Part shown: positions 27,300-35,958 of the stretch, one piece after another
Layout of the letters: every line of letters starts with the position of its first letter
Position numbering within the stretch: position 1 is the first letter of the stretch
Source: Bacillota bacterium
GTDB lineage: Bacteria; Bacillota; Sulfobacillia; Fermentithermobacillales; Fermentithermobacillaceae
Assembly: GCA_050952125.1 (NCBI GenBank)
Contig: JBMNKK010000003.1
Span: 288,856 to 352,855 of the forward strand
Length of the DNA stretch: 64,000 bases
Reading direction: 5' to 3'
Notes under the pieces: model-generated
What the model was told of the DNA's origin: nothing
Seen by the model: the letters and a program-made list of their open reading frames with translations, nothing else
The model's database searches: none
Translations under genes and position numbers: made by a program

Positions 27300-28442
27300 A
27301 TGAAGATCGCGATGTTCACCGATAGTTACTTCCCATACATATCAGGCGTCACGCGCGCTGTTTCCACTCTCAGGTCGACACTTAAATCACTGGGCCACCA
27401 AGTCTCGCTTTTCTGCCCCTCCTATCCGGGAGCCGAGCCCGAGGAAGGAGTCTACAGGTTTCCATCGGTAAAGGCGCCCACGAACTCGACGTACTACGTA
27501 GCCGTTCCGCCGTTTGTCGGCCTTAGGCAAAGAGTTCTTGCCGTCCGGCCTGACATAATACACATCCACTCTCCCTTCAACCTGTGCAAGGCTGGATACA
27601 TGGCTGCGAGAAGACTCGATATCCCGGTAGTCATGACGTACCATACCATGTACAACATGTACGCTCATTACGTTCCGGGAGTCGGTAAGAGGGTCTCCAC
27701 AGTGGTGGAGAAAATGGCATTCAAGACCGCTATGCGGGTAGATGCGGTTATCACACCCTCAGGCGTGCTTGCAGACTATCTCAGGAATTCAGGTGTCACT
27801 AGCCCCGTGTTCCCCATTCCCAACGGAATTCCGATCGAGTCCTTTCAGGGCGGCGACAGGTCATACCTACGTGCCAAGTACAACATTCCCGAAGGCATTC
27901 CGGTGATCATTACGTGCGGAAGGCTCGGCGTGGAGAAGAATATCGAGACTCTGTTGGAGGCCTTCTCTCTCATAGTCAGGGAAAAGGATTCCGCGCTCGT
28001 TTTGGTTGGCGACGGGCCTCTCCGGGAACACCTCAAGGCAAAAGCCAAGAGCCTCGGAATTGAGAACAGGACGTACTTCGCCGGGACCGTTCCTCCGGAC
28101 CTCATGCCGAGCATGTATGCAGGAGCGGACCTCTTCATGTTCGCGTCCCTAACGGACACCCAGGGGCTCGTGCTTGTGGAGGCTAAGGCGGCAGGAGTGC
28201 CGGCTGTGGCAGTCGGAGCGCTCGGCGTGAGAGATATGGTAATAGACGGCGACGACGGATTTCTGTGTGACAACGATGCCGGAGAGCTCGCCCAAAAGGC
28301 CATTCTGCTCTTGAAGAACCCGGCTATGCTTTCGCGAATGAAAGAGAGAGCGGCCGCCAACGCCGATGCTTTCTCGAAGGAGGCCGCTGCCCGCAGAATA
28401 CTGTCATGCTATTCTACCGTGATGGCGGGAAAAAACCGCTAG
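27300..28442 (+). CDS. GT4-family glycosyltransferase (glycolipid-synthase-like)
   Basis: 380 aa. The N-terminus MKIAMFTDSYFPYISGVTRAV and the C-terminal ...GLVLVEAKAAGVPAVA... region (E-x7-E) are typical of GT-B fold group 1 enzymes. Confidence 0.85.
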   Translation: MKIAMFTDSYFPYISGVTRAVSTLRSTLKSLGHQVSLFCPSYPGAEPEEGVYRFPSVKAPTNSTYYVAVPPFVGLRQRVLAVRPDIIHIHSPFNLCKAGYMAARRLDIPVVMTYHTMYNMYAHYVPGVGKRVSTVVEKMAFKTAMRVDAVITPSGVLADYLRNSGVTSPVFPIPNGIPIESFQGGDRSYLRAKYNIPEGIPVIITCGRLGVEKNIETLLEAFSLIVREKDSALVLVGDGPLREHLKAKAKSLGIENRTYFAGTVPPDLMPSMYAGADLFMFASLTDTQGLVLVEAKAAGVPAVAVGALGVRDMVIDGDDGFLCDNDAGELAQKAILLLKNPAMLSRMKERAAANADAFSKEAAARRILSCYSTVMAGKNR

Positions 28443-28452
28443 CGCCCAAGGC

Positions 28453-29928
28453 TTAAGCCGGCCTTTCTACTCTACCTTTTCTTGCCATGGCTTCGAGGTA
28501 GAGTTCGGTGTAGAGCGCGGCGGACTTGTTCCAAGAAAAGTCCGACTCCATAGCCTGCCTCACGATCCGGTTCCATTTTCCGCGGTCAGAATAGGCATTT
28601 AGCGCTCGTTCAGCCGCTGTAGTGAGAGCCCGGGCCGAGTAGTCGCTAAAGAGGAACCCTGTCCCGGTCCCTGTTGCATCATCGTAGTCTCTAACCGTAT
28701 CGCCGATGCCGCCTGTCTTCCTCGCCACGGGTATGGACCCGTATCGCATCGCGATAAGCTGTCCCAAACCGCAAGGCTCAAACCGCGAAGGCATCAGGAA
28801 GATATCCGAACCGGCATAGATCTTCTGCGCCAGCACACCGTTGAAGCCTATGGTCACGTACACCCGGCCTTTGTAGCGATCGGCCAGATCACGGAATTCC
28901 TGCTCATAGCGGGCGTCTCCGGATCCCAACAGCACAAACTGGATGGATTTTGACATTAGCTCCGGGAGAGCCCTAAGGAGTATGTCCAGACCCTTCTGGT
29001 CGACGAGGCGCGACACCATACCTAACAGCGGCTCTTCCGACACTGAGAGTCCAAGTTCCCTTTGAAGAGCGTACTTGTTCTGGAGTCTGGCGTCGTAGTT
29101 TTCTGAGTTGTACGGCGCATAGATCCTAGGGTCGGAAGCGGGGTTGAACTCATGGTAGTTGATACCGTTGACTATGCCGTACAGGTCGGCGGTGCGACTT
29201 CGGAGCACACCGTCGAGGCCTTCGCCAAACTCGGGGGTCTGGATTTCCTTCGCGTAAGTGTCGGATACGGTGTTGATGACGTCTGCGAACAAGAGCCCCG
29301 CCTTCATGAAGCTGACGTCTCCGTAGTACTCCACTCCGCCAGGCGTATAGTACTCCATGCCTAGACCCAAGAAGTTCAACACTTCCGGCGGGAAGCGACC
29401 TTGGTAGCGCAGGTTGTGCACCGTGAACACAGACGCGGTCTCACTCCACGCGGGATTCCTCCTGGAAGCGCATCTCACAAGAAGAGGCACGAAGCCGCTC
29501 TGCCAGTCGTTGGCATGGATTACATCCGGCACAAACCCGAGATTCCCGCAAAGAGGGATCACCGACTTGTTGAAAAACGCAAAGCGTTCGCCGTCATCAT
29601 CGTAGTCGTAATACCGGTCGCGATCGAAGTACTGGTAGTTGTCGATGAAATAGACGGGTACGTGCGTAGAGCCATCTTTGGACTTGGCTTCTATGCGAGA
29701 CTCCCGGACCACGCATGTTTCTTTTCTCTCACCCATCTGTACCGGGAAGTCGCCGATCGTCGAGTACCCTGATATGGAATGATACCGGGGGAGCACGACT
29801 CTCACATCGTTACCCTGCAGCGCCAGAGCCTTGGGCAGAGACCCGGCCACATCGGCCAGGCCGCCCGTCTTGGCAAAGGGCGCCACTTCACTCGACACCA
29901 CCAGTATCTTTAGGCCAGTATCCAGCAT
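28453..29928 (-). CDS. glgA: Glycogen (starch) synthase GlgA
   Basis: The start is MLDTGLKILVVSSEVAPFAKTGGLADV (KxGGL motif). ATG 29928 has GAGGGGGA 7 nt upstream, 13 nt after the galT stop. The track ORF extends to 29964. Confidence 0.93.
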   Translation of the reverse strand: MLDTGLKILVVSSEVAPFAKTGGLADVAGSLPKALALQGNDVRVVLPRYHSISGYSTIGDFPVQMGERKETCVVRESRIEAKSKDGSTHVPVYFIDNYQYFDRDRYYDYDDDGERFAFFNKSVIPLCGNLGFVPDVIHANDWQSGFVPLLVRCASRRNPAWSETASVFTVHNLRYQGRFPPEVLNFLGLGMEYYTPGGVEYYGDVSFMKAGLLFADVINTVSDTYAKEIQTPEFGEGLDGVLRSRTADLYGIVNGINYHEFNPASDPRIYAPYNSENYDARLQNKYALQRELGLSVSEEPLLGMVSRLVDQKGLDILLRALPELMSKSIQFVLLGSGDARYEQEFRDLADRYKGRVYVTIGFNGVLAQKIYAGSDIFLMPSRFEPCGLGQLIAMRYGSIPVARKTGGIGDTVRDYDDATGTGTGFLFSDYSARALTTAAERALNAYSDRGKWNRIVRQAMESDFSWNKSAALYTELYLEAMARKGRVERPA

Positions 29929-29941
29929 TCTAGAATCCCCC

Positions 29942-31000
29942 TCAGGACCCTCCGGCCGCCGCAAACTCCTTCGTCGCGAGTTCCGGCGGAGTCGGATTTA
30001 TGAACGTACCGCTGCCCAACTCCAAGCCGGCCTCGGTGTTAAGCCGCGGGTACACGTGGATGTGAGCGTGGTAAGGCCACCCGCGACTATCCCTTACCGA
30101 AGGCGGCAGGCTGTGAAACACCATGTTGTAGGGCAGATCTGTGAACATGCTCTCGTATGCGCCGAACAACCGAACCATGACCCCTGCGAGGTCCAAGAGC
30201 AGTTTATCCGAGAGGTCCGTAAAGCTTGAGGCGTGCACCGATGGCACGATCATGGTCTCGTAGGAATACCGTGACGCGAACGGCGAGATCACGCTGAAAT
30301 GCTCCGTCTTCAGCACTACCCTCACGTCTTTCTCGATCTCCCTTTCCACTACGTCGCAAACGAGGCACCGTCGAGTCCGCGATTCATACTCCCGGTTACG
30401 TTGACCCTCCTGCGATACCAAAGAAGGCATGACGGGCAGCGCCATTATCTGAAAGTGAGGGTGCGCCAGAGAAGCGCCGGCCTTCTTCCCGCTGTTCTTG
30501 AACACCTGGACATAAGCTGTTTCCTTCCTGTCATACAGATCCAGGCAGCGCAGCTTCAGAGCATCCAAAATGGACTTCATATGCTCTCTGCCGTATGAAC
30601 CGAGGGTGCCGTTATGCGAAGGAGACTCAACCACTACCTCGTGAGAGCCAAGGCCGGGGGTTTCCCAGTAGAGAGATGCCTCCGGAGAGTCGGGGAAAGG
30701 GGAAATCCTCCACCTCTCGTCTTCCTCTGCCCCTTCAGCCCGGTGCGACAGGGCAGGGAACTTGTTTGGAACCACGCGCACGGTCCAACCTTGCGTATCT
30801 TTCATCCCGGCTTCCCGGTTGGCCCAGATCTCAGGGGGAGTCTCTTTCTCATTACCCGGACAAAACGGGCACCTTTCATCTCTTTCAGGCAGTGCGGCTT
30901 CATTTGCCGCACCCAGTTTGAAGTCTGAGGGACGCTTGGAACGTTCGGTCGCTACTATGGTGAAGTTACCTGAAAGCGCATCAAACCGCATCTCAGGCAT
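29942..31000 (-). CDS. galT: GalT-family (HIT branch) hexose-1-phosphate nucleotidyltransferase
   Basis: Contains Zn motif CPFCPGNE and active site HPHFQIM (HxHxQ). The start MPEMRFDALSGNF (ATG 31000) is chosen because the track TTG 31036 lies inside a terminator hairpin. Confidence 0.85.
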   Translation of the reverse strand: MPEMRFDALSGNFTIVATERSKRPSDFKLGAANEAALPERDERCPFCPGNEKETPPEIWANREAGMKDTQGWTVRVVPNKFPALSHRAEGAEEDERWRISPFPDSPEASLYWETPGLGSHEVVVESPSHNGTLGSYGREHMKSILDALKLRCLDLYDRKETAYVQVFKNSGKKAGASLAHPHFQIMALPVMPSLVSQEGQRNREYESRTRRCLVCDVVEREIEKDVRVVLKTEHFSVISPFASRYSYETMIVPSVHASSFTDLSDKLLLDLAGVMVRLFGAYESMFTDLPYNMVFHSLPPSVRDSRGWPYHAHIHVYPRLNTEAGLELGSGTFINPTPPELATKEFAAAGGS

Positions 31001-31034
31001 TGGCCTCGCCCCTTCCCGCCGCATCTCTCGGAAC

Positions 31035-31066
31035 AAAAGGGGTAGGCAAGAGGCGCTACCCCTTTT
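31035..31066 (-). terminator. Rho-independent terminator after the CotF-like genes
   Basis: The minus strand reads AAAAGGGGTAG-cgcctcttgc-CTACCCCTTTTGTTCC. The hairpin is symmetric, so it is potentially bidirectional. Confidence 0.55.
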
Positions 31067-31120
31067 CTCATATGAAACTCGCGATCTTCACTCGTCACCG
31101 TAATTCACGTAAGTGACCGC

Positions 31121-32320
31121 TTACCGGCTCCTTTGCCAGTTGCTTTGGCCACCCTGATTCCATGACTGCCCCTGGTGCTGGCCAAAGGAGCTGGTCTGCC
31201 AGCTCATCGGGCCCGAGGTTCCTAGGCTTGACGGCCCATAACCGCCTTGTCCTTCGCCGTACTGCGTCCCGGTCCAGCCTGAACTACTCGGACTCATTCT
31301 CCAAGGCTGGCCTGTGACTCCGCTTTGCTGTCCGCCAAAACCACTCTGTTGAGAACCGATTCCGCCTCGAGTCCAGCTGGGGAGGCTAGATGGCTGATTG
31401 CTGAACTGCTGTCCGCCGAAGCCGCCCATCCAGCTGGGCTCTCCGCCCCATCTGGCCCCTTGGCTCACGCTTGACGGGCCATAACCGCTCTGGCCCTCGC
31501 CGTACTGGGTGCCGGTCCAACCCTGAGACCCTAGCCCACTCTGCTGGGCTCCAAAACTCTGCTGCCCGGAGATCCCTCCGCGCGCCCAGCTCGGAAGGCT
31601 GGCAGACTGGTGCCCGAATTGCTGGCTTGACTGCTGGCCGCTGAAGCCTCCCATCCAGCTCGGCTCTCCGCCCCACCTGGCTCCTTGGCTCACGCTTGAC
31701 GGCCCATACCCGCTTTGGCCCTCACCGTACTGGGTGCCGGTCCAGCCTTGGGACCCTATCCCGCTCTGCTGGGCACCGAAACTCTGCTGCCCCCCAATCC
31801 CTCCGCGTGTCCAGCTCGGAAGGCTGGTAGGCTGCTGCCCGAATTGGTGGCTTGACTGCTGGCCGCTGAAGCTGCCCATCCAGCTGGGCTCGCCGCCCCA
31901 CTGCGCTCCCTGGCCCAAACTTGACTGGCCCATACCGCTTTGGCCCTCCATGCTTTGTGTCCCGGTCCAGCCTTGCTGCCCTTGGTTCATGCTCATTTGA
32001 ACGCCTCCAGTGCTGCTTTCTTTGGATATTGCCCCTCTGGATTGGGTTACGGTATTCCGCAAGTCGGAAATGTCCTGCTCATCCGCAGCGCGTACCTGGT
32101 ACCAACCCTTTGACTGCAAGTAGTCGAAGACATCTTTGGCGGCTGAGGCAGTTCCCTTGTGAATCTCCTGGAAAGACGACCGCAGTCCCGGGTCACCTGC
32201 CTCAAGGATCGCCGGAGCGTAGTAGTAGTTAGAAAGGTACTTCTGTCCAGCCAGAATGTCCTCGGCTATTTCCCGGTCGGACATACCGCCCCCACCGGAA
32301 GAACCAATCATCTCATTCAC
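31121..32320 (-). CDS. Spore coat protein F (Coat_F) domain protein with a long Q/G/S/W-rich tandem-repeat tail
   Basis: The N-terminal ~80 aa, DREIAEDILAGQKYLSNYYYAPAILEAGDPGLRSSFQEIHKGTASAAKDVFDYLQSKGWYQV, are Coat_F-like. Residues ~116-399 are repeats. Confidence 0.8.
   Translation of the reverse strand: MNEMIGSSGGGGMSDREIAEDILAGQKYLSNYYYAPAILEAGDPGLRSSFQEIHKGTASAAKDVFDYLQSKGWYQVRAADEQDISDLRNTVTQSRGAISKESSTGGVQMSMNQGQQGWTGTQSMEGQSGMGQSSLGQGAQWGGEPSWMGSFSGQQSSHQFGQQPTSLPSWTRGGIGGQQSFGAQQSGIGSQGWTGTQYGEGQSGYGPSSVSQGARWGGEPSWMGGFSGQQSSQQFGHQSASLPSWARGGISGQQSFGAQQSGLGSQGWTGTQYGEGQSGYGPSSVSQGARWGGEPSWMGGFGGQQFSNQPSSLPSWTRGGIGSQQSGFGGQQSGVTGQPWRMSPSSSGWTGTQYGEGQGGYGPSSLGTSGPMSWQTSSFGQHQGQSWNQGGQSNWQRSR
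31124..31975 (-). repeat. In-frame tandem repeats (~225 bp / ~75 aa, about 3.7 copies) within the CotF-like gene
   Basis: The unit is QGWTGTQYGEGQSGYGPSSVSQGARWGGEPSWMGGFSGQQSSQQFGHQSASLPSWARGGISGQQSFGAQQSGLGS. The DNA motif GGTCCAGCC recurs near 31970 and 31745, with variant copies near 31518 and 31275. Confidence 0.85.
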
Positions 32321-32343
32321 GTTCTAGACCACTCCTCACGCTT

Positions 32344-32529
32344 TCACCTGACGTGACCGGACAAGAGGCTTATGTGGCGCTCACACGTCCTCTCCAGGTT
32401 CTGGATGAGCGCTTTCAGTTGAGGATCTTGGGCCATTTGACCGTAGGCCGTAAGTTTTTGCGCCATACGAGCCTCTCCTTTGAGCGACTCTCCTAGATAC
32501 CATGCCTCGGTTTGGGTGAGCGGCAACAA
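32344..32529 (-). CDS. Small Coat_F-like spore coat protein
   Basis: 61 aa: LPLTQTEAWYLGESLKGEARMAQKLTAYGQMAQDPQLKALIQNLERTCERHISLL. This shows the Coat_F pattern. TTG start with GGGAGGTG upstream. It is paired with the larger CotF-like gene, as with the yraD-G genes of B. subtilis. Confidence 0.6.
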   Translation of the reverse strand: MLPLTQTEAWYLGESLKGEARMAQKLTAYGQMAQDPQLKALIQNLERTCERHISLLSGHVR

Positions 32530-32589
32530 GGGTCACCTCCCTTCAACGCACGTTTAGAATGTCTCCCTCAGCCATCCGGTATTCCGCCG

Positions 32590-33999
32590 CTATACGGCCA
32601 TAGCCCCTGACTCATCCTCGATCAGTTGGAGCACGACCTGTTCCTTGCCCGTCATCGCGTTCACGTAAACGAGGTATGTATCCGCACCTTGACGGACCTT
32701 GAACTCCCATGCCAAGGCCTCTGTGGTGGGAAGGATGGGGATAACGCAGAGCCGGGGACCGGGATCGACGGGAGAAAGGTCCGATTTCAATACGGCTCTG
32801 GCCTCCGCCGCCGATACCAGAGGGGCCTTCAGAACTCGCCCGGGATGGTCGTGAGTGACAAGGTAGTTAAGTTGATCGAAGGAGACAATAGCTCCGGTCG
32901 CGAGGTTCACCTCAACCTTCACCGTGTCGGGATACAGCCTTACCTTCAACTCGCCGTTTTCAGTGCGTAGTGAGGCATGGGGAACATACGCGAATACGAC
33001 TCTCTGGCCGTCGGGTCCCGGCTTGCGCCACCCGGTCTCTTCGAGCGTTGTAAAGCCCTTAGACTTCAGGAACTCCAGGGCTTTGGCCCGAGCCGCATCC
33101 ATATCGATGGCTCCGGGACCTCCGGACAACGCTGAGTCCGTCGACAGCACCACCGCTCCACCCTGCTTAGCGACTGTGGTCGCCACCTGGCTGCCGTCAG
33201 CGCGTGCGGCCGTTACGAGATATGAAGGTATGACCCCGTCGATGTTGCCGACCGATACCGACTGGAAAGCCTCTCCCGGAGTAAGGAAGGAAAGAGCAAT
33301 GCTCCTGGCTTGTTCCTCGTCTATCATGGGGCCCGGATTCGCGAGAGCCTGTTGAGCCAGGTTTTTCTCGGAAAAGGGCCCGTCATACACGGGGGCGGGG
33401 ATGCTTTGAGTCAGCGTATCGATCTCAGAAAAACCGTGGTTCAGAGAATCGGATGGCGCAGAGGCACCGAGGAAGGTACCGGCCAACTCAAGGAGGGCCG
33501 CTCTGGTACCAGGCCTCACCCCTGCCCGCGAGGACTCACGCGCGGTAGACGCGAGCACGCCGGCCAGGTCCTTTACGCCTTCCTCAAGCCGCTGCAGCTC
33601 GGCCCACTCATTGGGTGTCACCGGCTCTCCCCTAGCAAGCTTTTGCGACAAAACTGCAGCGTAGTCACCCACTGTGGCAATGAATCGCCTGGGCTTTGTA
33701 AGGTCGACACCGTCTACCCCGGCAAGGCTAAGGTCGCTCCTGGCTGCCTGAGCGTTCAGGTACGATGCCGTAAGGAAGTTGACCTGCTGCCCCATGGATG
33801 AGGCGGCCCTGGCTTTGGCCAGGTTGCTCTCGATGTTTTCAATGTGGCTGACCAGATTGTAGAGAGCTCTCTGGTGTGAAGCCTGTATCCTCAGGCGTGC
33901 ATCTCTCGCATCCCGGTACTGGACCAGGCCGAACGCGAGCGCCGCCACGGTCGCCGCGCCGAGAACCCAGTTAAGCCATCTCCGATTGCGTGACCTCAT
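32590..33999 (-). CDS. ypeB: Germination protein YpeB
   Basis: 469 aa. It has an N-terminal TM helix, then ...RIQASHQRALYNLVSHIENIESNLAKARAASS..., and C-terminal PepSY-like repeats. It lies immediately downstream of sleB. Confidence 0.88.
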   Translation of the reverse strand: MRSRNRRWLNWVLGAATVAALAFGLVQYRDARDARLRIQASHQRALYNLVSHIENIESNLAKARAASSMGQQVNFLTASYLNAQAARSDLSLAGVDGVDLTKPRRFIATVGDYAAVLSQKLARGEPVTPNEWAELQRLEEGVKDLAGVLASTARESSRAGVRPGTRAALLELAGTFLGASAPSDSLNHGFSEIDTLTQSIPAPVYDGPFSEKNLAQQALANPGPMIDEEQARSIALSFLTPGEAFQSVSVGNIDGVIPSYLVTAARADGSQVATTVAKQGGAVVLSTDSALSGGPGAIDMDAARAKALEFLKSKGFTTLEETGWRKPGPDGQRVVFAYVPHASLRTENGELKVRLYPDTVKVEVNLATGAIVSFDQLNYLVTHDHPGRVLKAPLVSAAEARAVLKSDLSPVDPGPRLCVIPILPTTEALAWEFKVRQGADTYLVYVNAMTGKEQVVLQLIEDESGAMAV

Positions 34000-34029
34000 C
34001 TATATCCCCCTTTTCCGGTCCAGACGACA

Positions 34030-34488
34030 TCAGTAGGCAAAGACATGATTGCCGATTTGGATGACGATCGGCCTGGACCATATCCACGGGCTGACCGGCT
34101 TGTATGGGTTCCAGAAGAATGTGCATCCGTAGGTCGGGTCATAGCCGTTCAAAGCCAGCTCGGCTGCCCGGTACATCTCGTCGGTCGGTTCCATGCTCCA
34201 TATGAGGCCATTTGTCACCGATTCGAAGGCATCGGGGTCGTAAATGACGCCGGACAGAGTGGGAGGAAAGGCCGGATCCTTTGTGCGGTTGATGATGACC
34301 GCCGCTACGGCGACCATTCCGGTGAACGGCTCCCCTGTAGCTTCACCCATTACCACGCGCGCGAGCAGATCCGACTCGTCACCCCAACCCTGGGGCGCTG
34401 CAACGCAGCGGCTCATATCGGCAGATAATGAAACAGCCATCGCGGCAGCGACCGCGAGGATAATGAGAGCGCGGAAGTTGTTCCTCAA
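34030..34488 (-). CDS. sleB: Spore cortex-lytic enzyme SleB-type (Hydrolase_2 catalytic domain only)
   Basis: 152 aa. A signal peptide (MRNNFRALIILAVAAAMAVSLSA) is followed by ...LLARVVMGEATGEPFTGMVAVAAVIINRTKDPAFPPTLSGVIYDPDAFESV.... Confidence 0.85.
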   Translation of the reverse strand: MRNNFRALIILAVAAAMAVSLSADMSRCVAAPQGWGDESDLLARVVMGEATGEPFTGMVAVAAVIINRTKDPAFPPTLSGVIYDPDAFESVTNGLIWSMEPTDEMYRAAELALNGYDPTYGCTFFWNPYKPVSPWIWSRPIVIQIGNHVFAY

Positions 34489-34541
34489 GTGGCATCCCTT
34501 CCTCTAGGTAGGCGGCGCGCGATACCACACGCCATTTATCC

Positions 34542-34572
34542 TAGAATGCCTGCAAAAGGGATGCGGTTATTC
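34542..34572 (-). promoter_or_regulatory. Candidate forespore (sigma-G/F-type) promoter for sleB-ypeB
   Basis: On the minus strand, GAATA (34572..34568), 19-nt spacer, CATTCTA (34548..34542). The sigma-G consensus is GHATR-N17-18-CATXHTA, so the spacer is 1 nt longer than consensus. Confidence 0.35.
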
Positions 34573-35623
34573 AGTGGCCTTGATATAGGGCGCGGTTGGC
34601 ATTGTGTTCGGACAAGGTACGGGCAAAAGCATGGGTGCCGTCATTTTTCGCGACAAAGTAGAGGAAGTCAACATCCTCAGGGTTCAGTACGGCCTCCAGA
34701 CTTGCCTTGCCGAAATTCCCGATAGGTCCCGGAGGGAGACCAGGGTTTCTGTAGGTGTTGTAAGGAGAATCCACCTCTAGATCCTTCCATAGCACAAGGG
34801 CATCCGGAGGCTTTCCTAAGGCGTAGAGCACCGTGGGATCGGCATCGAGCTTCATGCCTATCTTTAGGCGGTTCAGGTACACCGCGGCGATGATCGGACG
34901 CTCATCGGGGGCTTGAGCCTCGCGCTCGACAATTGCAGAAAGCGTAGCAGCCTCATGAGGCGAAAGGCCCATTGACGCCGCTTTTTCCTGCAATTCTTCC
35001 GTGAAGACCTCAAGGAATCGCTGAGTCATCATCACCACAAGGTCTCTTTCCGTCATCCCTTTTCGGATGTAGTAGGTATCGGGAAAGAGATACCCTTCCA
35101 GGGGATACTTGGCCGACTTCAGGTAATCGTCCGGCACAAAGTCCGGGGCTAGAGACAGATCGGAGGCAGCCTCCAAGAACTTGTCCTTGCTTCCGAAACT
35201 CTTCTCCTCGACGAGTGCGGCGATATCCTCCAGCGCGAGCCCTTCCCTTACGGTAAAGGGGTGGTACACGACCTTTCCCTTGACGAGGATGTCAAGGGCA
35301 TCCCGAACATTGATGCCCGGCTGGAAGACGTACTCCCCGGATTGGATGCGCCCGTCTGCTTTCATAAGCCGCGCCACCACTCTGAAGAGCAAGGGACTCC
35401 TAATCACCCCTGCAGAGGCGAGCAAATCGGCTACCTGTCCCGTAGAGGCTCCCGGTACGACTACCACAGGAGCGGGCTCAGAGCCTTCAGGGAGCGGAGA
35501 GGACGCCAGATACGCCAGCCCCGACACCCCGGTAAGGCATATGATAATAAAGACTCCGAAGCCGACCCTAACGAGAGTCTTCCCGGGCCTCTTACGCTCC
35601 ACAGGTGGTTCCATTTTCCTCAA
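34571..35623 (-). CDS. mltG: Endolytic murein transglycosylase MltG (YceG-like)
   Basis: 350 aa. It has an N-terminal TM helix and the YceG core ...LEGYLFPDTYYI...SAIVEREA...AAVYLNRL...DPTVLYAL...YNTYRNPGLPPGPIGNFG.... Confidence 0.92.
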   Translation of the reverse strand: MRKMEPPVERKRPGKTLVRVGFGVFIIICLTGVSGLAYLASSPLPEGSEPAPVVVVPGASTGQVADLLASAGVIRSPLLFRVVARLMKADGRIQSGEYVFQPGINVRDALDILVKGKVVYHPFTVREGLALEDIAALVEEKSFGSKDKFLEAASDLSLAPDFVPDDYLKSAKYPLEGYLFPDTYYIRKGMTERDLVVMMTQRFLEVFTEELQEKAASMGLSPHEAATLSAIVEREAQAPDERPIIAAVYLNRLKIGMKLDADPTVLYALGKPPDALVLWKDLEVDSPYNTYRNPGLPPGPIGNFGKASLEAVLNPEDVDFLYFVAKNDGTHAFARTLSEHNANRALYQGH

Positions 35624-35952
35624 ATCTCCGGTTCTTCTTCTTCGTCTTCCTGATCACCTTCGTCGACCACAAAATCGTAGTCGCCGAGCTGATCTTCAAG
35701 ATCGAGTTCCTCAAAAGCTTTCAGGACTTCCTCCCACTCGTCGTCGCTATCTATAGTGGCGAGAACATCCTTACCGTCTTCGCCGGCGTCCACTCGCAGG
35801 ATCACTATCTCCGGCTCCATGCTTTCTTCTTCATCGACGGGCATAAGCACCACATACTGCGTTTCACCAACAAACAGCGCGTCAAAAAGGATCTTGAAGC
35901 TGATTTCTTTGCCTTCGTCATCCTGCAGTACCACGAGATCTTCTTTCGCCAC
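35620..35952 (-). CDS. DUF1292 (YrzB-like) protein
   Basis: 110 aa. ...VVLQDDEGKEISFKILFDALFVGETQYVVLMPVDEEE... is followed by an acidic tail. It overlaps mltG by 4 nt. Confidence 0.8.
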   Translation of the reverse strand: MAKEDLVVLQDDEGKEISFKILFDALFVGETQYVVLMPVDEEESMEPEIVILRVDAGEDGKDVLATIDSDDEWEEVLKAFEELDLEDQLGDYDFVVDEGDQEDEEEEPEI

Positions 35953-35958
35953 TCTAGA

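Noticed and set aside
31386-32000. Alternative-frame ORFs within the CotF repeat region (31386..31676 -, 31734..32000 +)
   Set aside because: They are a consequence of the tandem DNA repeats keeping several frames open. Only the frame continuous with the Coat_F head has a start, an SD and a coherent repeat peptide.
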